Below, piece after piece: positions 13,101-24,100 of a stretch of DNA of 64,000 nt. Within the stretch, counting starts at the first letter, position 1; each line of letters opens with the position of its first letter. Made by a program: the position numbers and the translations under genes. Below the pieces are notes generated by a model that searched no databases, was not told the origin of the DNA, and saw nothing but the letters and a program-made list of their open reading frames with translations. The stretch is from Phallusia mammillata (taxonomy: Eukaryota), in assembly GCA_965637545.1 (NCBI GenBank), contig OZ281494.1:30752001-30816000 (forward strand). Reading direction: 5' to 3'.

Positions 13101-16100
13101 TTTTTCACTGGTGTCTGTAATGTTTTAACTGATTTTGACTAATTCTAGTGCCCTGATTTCAAAAATGCAATCGGTTTATCTGTATCACGTCTAGTTTTCC
13201 TGTTATGGTACACCCTTGTTTGAAAAACAATCCATATGTATACACTATAGGGAAACTGGTTTTGAGTATTTTATTTGGAATTATCGTTATTGCAAGAACA
13301 AAATTTCGAATTTAATTTTAAATGTAACAGATGGACACTCCTAACAAACAAAATTCAACAAAAAAAATGTTTCAAATTTGTAAGTTATCAGGTATAGGCC
13401 TACACATGTACTCTGGTAACTTTCGGAACTGAGTGGCAGCAATATCGTCCCGTTTAATTGACCAACAGCAGTTAGCCAGGACCACATTATTCCCTCTTCC
13501 CTGACACGTTTCGTTTTACTGATATCCTGTTGGAACCTTTCAGCTTAATTCTCACCATTTATATCCCCTACGTTTTAAGGAAAGTGTAGCTTCATACTCA
13601 TTTTTGTGCCAAATTTTTCAGACCGCTTAATAACTTAGTTATGTACTCTTTCTAATAATTTCAGTCCCTTTCTACTGTTTTTGTCCATTACGGCAATATT
13701 CCAATCAACATTAGGTAAGTGGGGTCCATTGCTTGTCCTAAACCCCTAAAGCCACTTTGAAGTGTGCAAGATATGCACATTTGATACAGATATATATATT
13801 TTTTAGTTATGTTGTATGGATATTCACCAGTAATGTAGCATAAAACATCTTGTTATTTCATGCAACACCTTATAGATGACCTAGCCACTATTAATTCTAG
13901 TTTACCACCTTACTTTACTAGTCTGAAAATCACTCCATAAAACACGTATAGTTTAAAGTTACCGTTAGCCTGCACCAATCATTTTTAGACAGAGCATAAG
14001 CATAGAACGGATATTCATGCCATGAAACTGACTGCACTGTAGGAAATTGATGTGTATAATGTAACAAAACATTAGCAAACACACAAAAGCGTGATTTCAA
14101 AGTCATTGAATCAATATGGTCATAAATTTTGATTTTGTAAATAACTTAAAAAGTTGACCTGATTAAAGAAAACCGTAATGATTTTTGAAATCAGCACCCC
14201 AAAATTAGTCAATATCAGTTTTAACATTAAAGACACCAAAAATTGTGCTGGCCAGTCTATCGACGTTACGATACGTGAACTTTAAATGTAGTGCATATCT
14301 AATGATGTGTACACTTGGTGTTCAGTTACCTCAGGAAACTTGTGTGTACTAAAGACACACGGAAATTGTATTGAACATTGGTCCACACCGAAACTACCAT
14401 GTTAACAATACAACTTATAACCTAACCTTCTCATTTTTATCTGCTTTTTGCACCTATAATGCATATTTTTCAGTTCTTTAAAGACTTAAACGTGACGATT
14501 TATACACGGTCTTAATCTGTTTAAATTTCAAATTTTACATATTTGGTGTGTATTTGGCTTAATAATGTGATTTGATTTCAGGTATCAAGGGGCAGAACGG
14601 GCCAAGCAACTTCTTCTCGAACGGGGTCGTGACCTTGAAATGAAAATGAATTCCCCTAAACACGTAAGCTACATTTTCTTGTACAAATAGGCAGCTAGCT
14701 GAGAAGGGAAATTGAAACTTCCGTTCATTTAGCAAAAACATTCTAACTATTGAGTTGCCATCGGCTGTTATGTGGATTCAACAAAACGCTTTCGATAAAA
14801 TAATAAACGCCCTCGGCGGCATGTTTAGTTATTTATTGCCGTTCAAATTCTCCCTTGCTCCGAGCCTACTGCGTACAGAAGAATTTCCACCAATGTTTAA
14901 ACCAACACAGTTTTTTCGTAAAACTTGGTAAATTAGTCATGCGGATTACGGTTTTCTCGACGTTTTGAAATTTGAACTTCGTTAAAAAGTGTGATATTGT
15001 TAACATAAGTTGCAAGGTCCAAAACGTTTACTAAAACGTTTTAAAGAGGTTCTAGAACAAGATTTTATATCACTTTACGACTTATGTAAAAAAACGACAA
15101 AATATTTAAATACTTAGCCAGGTTTTTAAAAAATCGAAAACGGCTGTTACGGGTGACTGCGCAAAGCGGGTTCGAAACGGCGTATTTGGGGTTACTTTCA
15201 GTCACATATGATATGACCTATTATGCTATATTATTTTATTACAGACCAAAGAAGACGTGAACAAAGCCAAGAAGAAGTCCATCAAACAAGGTAATTCGCG
15301 GTAACAGATTATTGCGGGCTAAACCATAGGACCCTGACGTCACGCGGGGTTACCTGCGGTCAAGTGTCACGTGGTACATCAGGTGCACTAGCCGTAGCAG
15401 GTCGTGCTTTGCCAAAGTGGGTAACGACTTCCAAACGACCCGAATGTCGATTGGCAAATGAGCGACGGAGTGTATTAATTAGTGCGCGTTGGACATTCTG
15501 CGGCTTCTGAATGTTCATTAATGGTTGTAACGCCAGGTACTATTTTGTATTCACCTATTGATATTGCAAGCGTTAGTCATATAAGTAGGTTTAAAAGGCG
15601 TTGTGACTGGTTTTGTATTTGAATGATGTTGTCTAAAAGCAACATATATTGAGTCATCAACCGTAATCGTATGATTTCAAAACCAAAAGCACCGTTTTTC
15701 GCATTCCATTTATTCAAAAAGTGTTGTGTCTTGCATTGTGAACTTAGGTTTAACATTTCAAAACACTCTATACTAGTTGTGTTAAAGACAATACTTGGTT
15801 ATGCTTGTTCCTAGTAATAAGCGTAGCATGGATAGTCTTTCAGCCATAATAATGCCTTTGCCCAACAACTTAATACACTTTCGTATCCTCAAATACACTC
15901 CAGTTTGGTTCAAGAGTAATTTAAAAGTGCAAATTTTTCGAAAACAATTGCATTTTACTTAAAAATTGCATGATATATATATCAGTTGATAGATCCTAGT
16001 GGAAAAAGAGTGAAATTTCGTGTGTTGAAACCGATTTTCTGTGCAGCTGAAGAACTAACTCATGCCGTGGAAGCTTACAACCAAACTCGACAACACTGGT

Positions 16101-18703
16101 TTGAAGAGATGGTCACGTCATCACTCGTCCTAGAGCGCCATGAGGTGGCCAGGATCGAGTCAGTAAAGTCGGTATTGGCCCACTATGCGAAACTGCTCCA
16201 AGACAGTGCCACGAAACGGCACCAGGTAATTTCCACAAGAAAAGTAAAGTTTATTTGAAGTAAGGCGTGTAACCCATATTCATCATAAGAAACCTGGCAA
16301 AAATACCATTTTTCAGGAAGCAAACCTCATGGCGCAAGTGTTTGCCAGATTTGTTTCCCTTTTGTGCCCTATTGGAGTTTCATATACCCATCCAATGAAG
16401 TAATAGGCGCTTGCCCGTGTGGTGACCAAATCTTGTACCCGTCTGACTGTTACCGATCAGACTCCTACGTCAGTTGTGTATCCCTTGGGACTGAAGCCGC
16501 TTAAAAGCTGGCCAGCTCCACTAGACGTTGCGTAAACCGCTTGCGTAAGCAGGTCCATGTTGCACAATGCCAACCTTGCTATTTGAAAAATCGGAAAGGT
16601 CGATCCCGCTCGACTTTGGCACTGCGCATCCTGCAGCGCAATTAGGCCGTCACGGTCCGGCTGAGCGCTGACGTCACATTTGTGAATCTACGTCACGTGT
16701 GTGATGTTATTGTGTTAAAGTTGAAATGTTTGATAAGCTTCGTACATAGTTTTAACGGGCAAATGTAAAAAATGGTTTAAACATAATTGGGAAATTAAGA
16801 AAGTAATAGTTTATCTGTTATCATTTTAATTGCGAAATAATAGTCGTTTCTGCAAGGATTTTCCGAATGTGATCAATTTTTCACAATTTGCGACCAGAAA
16901 AAGTCATAATCTTTGCGACTCCAAAAAATCACTAATTCACGTTTTGCACACTTCAATACAGGAAACTTCAACTTTAAATGTGATAAATTTTGCACAAGTT
17001 GAAATCATATAATATTTGCGACCCAAAAAATTCAAAAGTTCACGCACGTTTATACAGGGAAATGCAACATTAACTTATCCCAAATCGTCAAGCAATGCAA
17101 GGGATTTTCCAGACGTTAGTATTTACCAAATGTCACAAGATTAATACCGTTTTGGAAGTCGACAATGAGAAGTCATACGGCCATTCGGGCACAACTGCTT
17201 CATATCATTGCCCATTTTATCCTACGCTTTCCGCTTTGTCGGGGTTTCCAGCCGTTTCCAGATGATTAGCTATCCACGGAAACGGCAACACAGACGTTGT
17301 AGGCCGCCCGTTCGTGCCAGATCAGGACATTTGACACATTTTCGACGCATTTATTGATTAAACAGCGTATTTGGCCCAATATGCGTTTTTTTGCGCGCGC
17401 CGAGTTATCAGAGGTTTGTGCGTGTTATGAGGCGTTTGGCACATGTGCAAAATTTGGTCGCCGCAGCCCGGCCGGGCTATCTCCCACTATTAACTGTTAT
17501 TCACAACCAGGCATTGCTTTTCCTTATGTTCGATGCTCTTATACCAAAATCTGTTTAACACTTTAATGATGAAAAAAGTGAAACCAAGTTTAAATTACGA
17601 CACGGGAATCACCAAAGCTTTTTTTTCTGCAATTTGCGAGTTTCATTACACAAAGGTGCTTTACATTTTGAAGGTGCATTATAATCCAAACGAAATAGCA
17701 CGTTTCAATTTGAAGATTCAATTATGGAACTAGTTTAATGTGAACCTTTTTTGTGTGATGTAATATTTACTTAAAAACGCCTAATCTCGCACCAAACTTT
17801 GTAAGTTGTTCAACGCTTCGTCACATAGTGTTTTTTGGGGTTTTGTCTCTTTACGATTGATTGGTACAGTATTACTTCGCCTAAAACTACGCGTGGTATA
17901 TGTACAGTTAGGGCCGTATTAAAATAATGGCTTGAGGCGATGTTGGTCTGACGGTGATGTCTTTTTGTGCTCTGCGGCGTCACCCAGCGGCCGAAGCTTA
18001 TGTGAAGGTTGTTTATATTTTTGCTTGCCTCCTAGAGTAATATTTATTGTCCAGCTTTCCAGCTGATTATAGCGCAGTTCCAAAAACAAATTGATTCGAT
18101 TTTTTTGACTTAAACCTGAATTGTTTAACCCATGCAAAATTGTAGTTTTACATCAGCGGTTCTCAAACTGGGGTCCGCGGTCCTTTAGGTGTCCGTTAGG
18201 CAATTTGGGGGGGGGGCGGCGAGGAGGTTGAAGTAATTCTATAATCTTATTTGGCGTCAGTTTCTGCCACTGAATCTGTTCAAATCAAAGTAGAATTGAT
18301 AATCGACTGTCTCGATTGCAAAACATTGGTATTTATTGCATGACAAAAAGGCAATTGTTCTCGCGCAATCGTAATGTTTGCGTCTTGTCTGTGATGTCAC
18401 AACCAGCTTTTGGATCAATGTTATGCGAATTTTTGCATAACATGCTAAAATCCTGCAATCAACTTTCGTTTTTCTGAAATACACATTCAAGCTTGAGGAC
18501 CGCGAGCCCTCGAAATAATGGCAAAGGGACCGTTTCAGAACCACTGTTCTACGTACTTTACTTATAATGACGTAACATTTGGTTTTCAGACTTGTGACGT
18601 CATCGTGCAGCACTTGGCCATCACCGACGCCGACAAGGACAGGGAATTGTGGGTACGGAAAAACGCTACTGGTAAAGTGAAGCCGGTTGACCTTGTGGTA
18701 TGA
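1160..18703 (+). CDS. GAS7: Growth arrest-specific 7-like protein (SH3, WW, F-BAR), 15 exons
   Basis: Exons 1160-1216, 1575-1703 (SH3: GWWEGEINGRRGWFPASYV), 2142-2232 and 2459-2524 (WW), 2660-2721, 2958-3161, 3513-3602 (FSYCDYFW), 4099-4208, 4665-4739, 6486-6564, 9222-9331, 14582-14663 (LLERGRDLEMK), 15245-15290, 16047-16225 (WFEEMVTSSL), 18590-18703 (DKDRELWVRKNATGKVKPVDL). All junctions are GT-AG with consistent phases. The motifs match the vertebrate GAS7 F-BAR as I recall it. Confidence 0.93.
6123..6363. mobile_element. hAT/Charlie-type MITE in a GAS7 intron
   Basis: Degenerate TIRs (GTGGTTCCCAACC ... GGTTGGGAACAAATG) and an 8-bp TSD GTTTAACC at 6115-6122 and 6364-6371. A related copy lies at 56923-57084. 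Confidence 0.8.
8851..8900 (-). ncRNA. Minimal type I hammerhead-ribozyme-like motif (family A), intact core
   Basis: Minus strand reads UAUCA CUGACGA U GGCA-UGAGCGUU-UGCC GAAA CG UU / UGAAUA. CUGANGA is at 8890-8884, stem II has 4 bp, GAAA is at 8866-8863, stem III is the palindrome ACGU, and stem I is 3 bp + bulged A + 2 bp. Confidence 0.65.
10384..10431 (+). repeat. Degenerate family A hammerhead-like copy
   Basis: TTGCA CTGTTGA ... AAGCGGT TTTG GAAA CG TA TGCAA. Stem I is 5 bp, but the core has A6 to U, stem II is broken and there is a TAACA(AG) duplication. Confidence 0.35.
10565..10737. mobile_element. 173-bp hAT-type MITE, SINE-free copy of the element at 41116-41423
   Basis: Ends CAGG...CACTG with an exact 8-bp TSD CACGTCAT at 10557-10564 and 10738-10745. 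It is a near-identical reverse complement of 41128-41282. Confidence 0.88.
12256..12372 (+). repeat. Family A repeat copy with the CUGANGA core deleted
   Basis: CGGGAGTAACTGCATGTGGCCCATCATA...TGCCGAAACGTTTAAATAATAAAGAATGTCGCTTTTTACGTCTTTTGGG aligns to 58619-58742 and to the reverse complement of 8826-8900, but has no CTGANGA. Confidence 0.65.
13028..13079 (-). repeat. Family B repeat remnant, split by the foldback element and resuming at about 14258-14277
   Basis: CAGGCATAATGTATAAACG...ATAAATAAT matches 41453-41505. ATCGACGTTACGATACGTG just after the foldback resembles 41504 ATCGACGTTTCGACGTG. Confidence 0.5.
13080..14257. mobile_element. About 1.18-kb foldback/non-autonomous DNA element with about 105-bp imperfect TIRs
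   Basis: 13080-13190 is an imperfect reverse complement of 14155-14257 (shared TTTTTGAAATCAG...AATTAGTCAA.ATCAGTT..AACATTA.AGACACCA). Ends are CACTGG...CCAGTC, with TA on the right flank. I saw no transposase ORF. Confidence 0.7.
16866..17072. repeat. Two diverged tandem units of about 100-110 bp
   Basis: AATGTGAT.AATTTT.CACAA.TTG...ATAAT.TTTGCGAC.C.AAAAAAT...ATACAGG.AA occurs twice in succession. Confidence 0.6.
18154..18546. mobile_element. Older hAT/Charlie-type MITE just upstream of the last GAS7 exon
   Basis: TIRs CAGCGGTTCTCAAAC ... TTTCAGAACCACTG. The flanks TTTTACAT and TTCTACGT match at 6 of 8 positions (decayed TSD). Confidence 0.7.
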
Positions 18704-19915
18704 CCTTGACCACTTGTTGGCGCTTTCGAGACAGAGCGCTGTGCGCCTTTTTCTTTTTTCTCTTTTTTGTGTATTTGTAAAAAAACATCCGCTTGCGGCG
18801 CAATTTGTGGACAAAATGCTTCGTTTATGCTTTATTTTATTGTTATGTTTTATTGAGGCTTTGTGGCCATTTACGTTGTCCTATTTTCTGTATCAGACAG
18901 CCTGCTTTTTATATTTGTTTATTTTAACGGATTGGTTGTTTTAAACCTAAATTTGCGTTGCAAGACAACCTTAAATTTAACACAATCCAATTTAAGCTAA
19001 CACGTTTTGTTTCAATCTTCACCTTACTGGTTTCCAAAACTACGTATTATGTTGCAATTTGTATTTTTGTTTCAATGGATCTATTTCAAAGGCCCTTGAT
19101 GGATAAATATTCAAAAACCGTTGTACGTATACGTTTCGCAATGCAAAGTATCTTTATTCGCCCCCCATTAAAAGTTTCACCGTAGCAATAAGTTGCTCTC
19201 ATCCAGTATTTTTGTCGCGTTCTGATGAATTTCCGTTGTCGCAAACAGACGCAATGCATTTTTTGTTTTTGTTTATTTTTAAAGCACTATGTGTATTCAA
19301 TATTTCTTGTATAACTGCGTCGTAAAAACAAACCGTACCACAAAAACTTTCGACGAAATCTAAACACATATGCGCACAATTTAAATGGCTAGTAAAATTG
19401 ATTATAAGCAAAGTACAGCTACCAAGGGTACTTTGTTAAAGGTAGAGTGTTCTGTACTTGTGGTACTGCCTTTGTTTTCGCAACAAACAACACCAAGCAC
19501 CTGTGTTACAAGCCACTATAAGTTTAAGTCTATGTACGTTGTACTAAACCTTGAATCACAGGTACACCTTGATTCACACAATCACATAGGCCGTGGAACG
19601 ACACGGTTTTCATATGAAACCGTGTGTTTGATGACCTGTCAATCATGTCTTGTGTTTATAAAACCGCCTTCGTTGTTATGCACCAGCAACCCCTTTGTGT
19701 TGACGTAGCGAGTACGGACTTTTACTATGCGGTACTGTGTATTTTCACCAGAATTTCAGTGCCTTTGTAACCGCCTTAAATTTCACGCGCCGCCTTAAAT
19801 ATTCGCAAAAGATTTTGTTTTAAAATTCGATTTTGTTGCCTTTTTGCGCCTCGTTTTAAGAAATACTCGCATTTACGTGAAGCTTTTTTATCCGGTGCCT
19901 TACTATTTCTGATCG

Positions 19916-20083
19916 TTACGTCACTTCTATTGCGTCACTGCCGCGCCTTTGTGTTCATATCTATTGGCTACGTCACTCGTGCAACACAACTGCAAATTTA
20001 TGACGTAACGCACTTCGTCCACACAATCTCATCTTCCACTCAGTTACAGGTCGTTACGTCACAACCACGTAAGCATGACGTCA
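19916..20083. promoter_or_regulatory. Cluster of five CRE/ATF-like motifs plus a CCAAT box, putative promoter of the Ser-rich gene
   Basis: TTACGTCA 19916, CTACGTCA 19968, TGACGTAA 20001, TTACGTCA 20054, TGACGTCA 20076; ATTGG at 19963. Confidence 0.45.
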
Positions 20084-20189
20084 TCAACAGGCGTTAATTG
20101 TATTTTGATTCTTTTCCTTTGCGAAATAAAATCATCGAAATGGCCACGGTGGATATGACTTGGTTTTTAGGCTCGCGTCGTCGGCCGCC

Positions 20190-20203
20190 GTTGTCATAGC
20201 GAC
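20190..20203. promoter_or_regulatory. RFX X-box-like site
   Basis: GTTGTCATAGCGAC is a near match to the X-box consensus GTTNCCATRGCAAC. It lies about 1 kb upstream of ATG 21181 and just before a candidate 5'-UTR donor near 20291. Confidence 0.5.
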
Positions 20204-21180
20204 GCGCCAGTTGTCATTGACTTATACCGAGTCACGTGGTGTGCGAGTAAATAGTGAGCCTTGTGTGGCGTAACAATGGGTTAACAGTAGGTAATTCGTC
20301 AGGGCTCAGAGCATTCATAACCGAAGCGTGATTTAGATGGATAAGTTTTGAGGTAGGTGTTGTACAGAAGGCACTGTTTGGTTACTACAGACCCGAGCTC
20401 AACATAACAGTAAATTTGCGAGATCACTGCAGTGCAGTAATAGTATGTGAAAAGAAGTGTTATTTCCAACTGACAGGTGCAGTGACTGTGTTAAGGTAAA
20501 GCAATAAAAGTATTGTTACTCTTGACCATCTGTAAACAGTTACTCAGTTTCATAACTTTAGTTACTTCGTTTGTGGACTCTGCCCTTCAACCTCGAAAGT
20601 TTAGGACTTTCGTCTTGTTCGTTTGTGCCTGGCACTTTAAACATGTACAATAAAAGCCGGCTCTCGTGTATCCAAAACACCGACTACAAGGTTCTGTACT
20701 CGATCTACAGTTTAAATAGAGCTTATTGTTCCGGTACTCGTAGAAAGGTAAAACTGCACCTGGAACAAAATTTAGTGCTTCCACTATGTTCCGCCCTTCA
20801 AAATCAGGAATAAGTTTTTCTTCAAATCAATATAACAAATCCATATAGGGCAAAAATCCAGGTTGCAGAAACCGATCGCTTATGTCTGATATTGGATAAA
20901 TATTTCGTTTAATATTTCGGCGCTCCTCTTTCGTTTAAAGGGCCCTTGAAAAGTGATCGGGGTTGTTAAACACACGCTCGACGCGTTCATGTCACTGTTG
21001 AGCGACAGGTTGCCAGCGTAAGGGGACACCGATGCTCACAAATTAGATACAGAAAACTGTGTAACGATTTTTGTGCCCTTCTCGTCTTACACAAGTGGGC
21101 TTGGATGTAGGCCGCTTCGGAAAACTTATCGCTAAATTGTGTTTGAAGTTAGATAAGTTTCGGTTACCCGTGCTGCAATA

Positions 21181-24100
21181 ATGGATCAATCTGATAAAGA
21201 GGATAGGAGGAGTTTAGGATCACCATCTAAACCGGAAGAGGAAAAAGCAAGATCAAGAACATCGTCCTCATCTTCGTCAAGAAGTTCTTCTTCGTCGTCT
21301 TCGCATTCAAGCTCTTCAGGTACGTAGTTAATACAGAACTTAGCATAGTATTTATATCTTCCCAGTTAAATTAAACTAACAGATTTGAGCATGTCAGAAA
21401 TATTGTTTTCACTGGGGCAGATTTAATCCTCAAACAAGAAAACAGGTTAAACTCGTATAGAGGTCAATGTATTGACACTATACGTTCTTTGCAAAGAAAT
21501 GGTAGTTGCCGAAGTCCAATAAATTAAATATATAAACAGAAGATGTCTGCTTTGACATGCAAGCTACGACAGCTAACTAACCTTAGTTCTTACCTATAGG
21601 GTGTCAGTTATTTATAGTTTTCGGGCATTTTTGGTTAACGATCACAAATACAAAAAACGTTTTGCTCATTTAAATGAATGGGCAAAAACGCAACGAATAC
21701 TGGCAATGAGCCCGAAATATGCTAGCCTACAACCACGGCCAATAACAAAACTGGGTTGCTTGACCAAGCAAATTTTTAATAAAGAACCTATAAAACATTG
21801 GTGCTCTACACCAGGTCTGGAATAGTAACGAATTTTATAATATAAAAGTGTTAACATTTTTGTAGTGACCACCTTTTTTCCGGAGACACAATAAGTGGCC
21901 ATCACCACAGTAACTAAAGCAGTTACCAATTTGTGCATTTAATATTCCTTTTCCAAGATGATTTTTGTAATCAGTTAAGTGTTAATCGGAGAGTTTGTTC
22001 GGGTAAACGTTCTTGTTATGGCAAAAGTATAGGAATGTAACGTATTGCTGTTGAATACATGGCCTGTGTTTGGACAGCGGGCTACCTACAAAGCGACCGT
22101 GTTATTATAGACATCGCACGGACGAGTCCTCGTGAAATCAGAGACCTTGGTTCACAAAACACACACGCACACATATAGCGTAAGCCGTGCCCGAAAAACT
22201 CAGGCACAAACTTCGAGGCCGAGGTCTGTGAAAGTCGTAAATTATATTTGCGCGCAGATTCTGACACGGAGAAGCCGGAACCGCAACCAGAAAAGCCGGA
22301 TATTTTGAAGCTCCATTCGTCGGTGAGTTTTAGTCATTTATTAGTTCCTGAGAACGGTGTGCTTTGGTCCTTTACATAACGAATCAAGTGTTTGCACCTG
22401 TGGGCTAGGCCTCGGCAATGGGTTTGAATATTAACTTTTGCGGCTTGTAATGGTCTTATTCTTGGCGATAAAGTATTATTGACGTTTGCGTCTCGAGAAT
22501 ATAGATGTCGATTTTAGCAAACTTTATTATTCCAACAATCTATTTTAGACAACAAATTGTGATAATAAGCAGTAGAACGTTTGCATACCATACAAGAGCT
22601 AACACAATGCTTTGGAAACAAGTGAAAAGTCATTTTGCTGCAGTATGGAACAATACAATAGTATAAGTTGCCCTTTTGTGCTTGAACAAACATTCCACTT
22701 GGTTTTATCGCCATATTTTACTACCATGGTTGTTAAAGGAGTTATCTGTGCGCTAGTTTTATAGCTTTGGGCTGTTTGCATCTTTAAAGTAGAATAAATG
22801 GAACAACGAACTTCGTTTTGGCAAACATGCTTCTTAAAAAAGATCTAACTGAGAATGCAAAATAACTTTCAAGTAACAGAATCAGTCAATAAATTTACAT
22901 TAAAAAAAATATATTTCGCCCAACTGGCAGCTTTAGTTTCCACAAAATCACAGGATAAATTCAGCTGTTTCGCACCGGTTTTATAGAACCGTCTCACGAA
23001 ATTTTATGAGAACCAGTTAGCATTACTATAGTTACTGTCAATGGACTTTTTGTAACAGAACCGGCTGAAAAAAGAATTTTGAATCCCACCACTGAATAAA
23101 AGATGTCCAGTATAATCACTATAGCGTGGATAACAACCGTTGTTGCTTTTTATCTTTTATGGACTTTTTATTGGAAGTGTTGTTTTTAATAATATTTACC
23201 TTTTGCCGAGTTTAGTTTTGTTTTTTAAAAGTGTTTGTTACATTTCAGTCGCGATCCCGATCATCTTCGTCTTCCAGTTCAGGATCAGAGAAACGGGAGG
23301 AAGAGATCCGACCTCCATCCGCTGCATCTTCATCCCATCACAGTCTTCCTGCTACTAAAGATGAGCCTGGAACTTCCACCATAACAAAAGTAGAGTCAGA
23401 TCACAAAGATGTAAGATGGATTGCGAAATTCACTTGATCACTGAAACTGTTTTGTTGGTTTATGTAAAAACCAGGGTTCTGTAACTATGGGTGTGAGAAC
23501 CGTTCATAGGGAGTGCGTGTTCAATAGGGCTGGAGATTAAGAACTGCTTTTCTTAAACAATTCATAGAGGGATGCGAGACCTGGTAGGTGACTTCAAAGA
23601 GTTATGCATATAAAGCAAACTTTAGTATTTGCGGTGCCCAAAGCTACCCATTAGGGTTTCTTTTGGTGGTGTCTTTTTCGATCGAACCCAACCCTCTTCA
23701 GTAACACAGGTGGTTAGATTAGATGCCAACTTGACTGGTTCCACCAACGTTTTCCCAGTCTGGGCCAACCTTACCCTCTAATGTTAATCCACGTCACATG
23801 ACGGTTAGCAGTAACGATGTAGCAGCAGCGCGTTAACTCACTATCCAACAACTGCGCCATTTATACTTTGTCGAGCTTTATAACGCCTTAATGTTGCAAA
23901 GCTATCTCCGAAAAGATGAAAATTTTACTGCCACTGTGTTGCTACGATTATTTCCCCGAGCGAAATAAATTCAACTCATTTTGGCCGGGTTGGGGAAGTT
24001 AATGTGAGTAATGTGACAGAACCAAAACCTTACGGTGAACGTTGCAAGAAGTAATATCTCCCGGTTCACGGCTGCCGTAAAATAAGTGCTTGCAGGTTTC

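Noticed and set aside
16300-17560. GC-richer intronic blocks in GAS7 intron 14 as a nested gene or ncRNA
   Set aside because: Only short ORFs with stops, and no recognisable RNA motif. These may be regulatory DNA but I cannot support a call.
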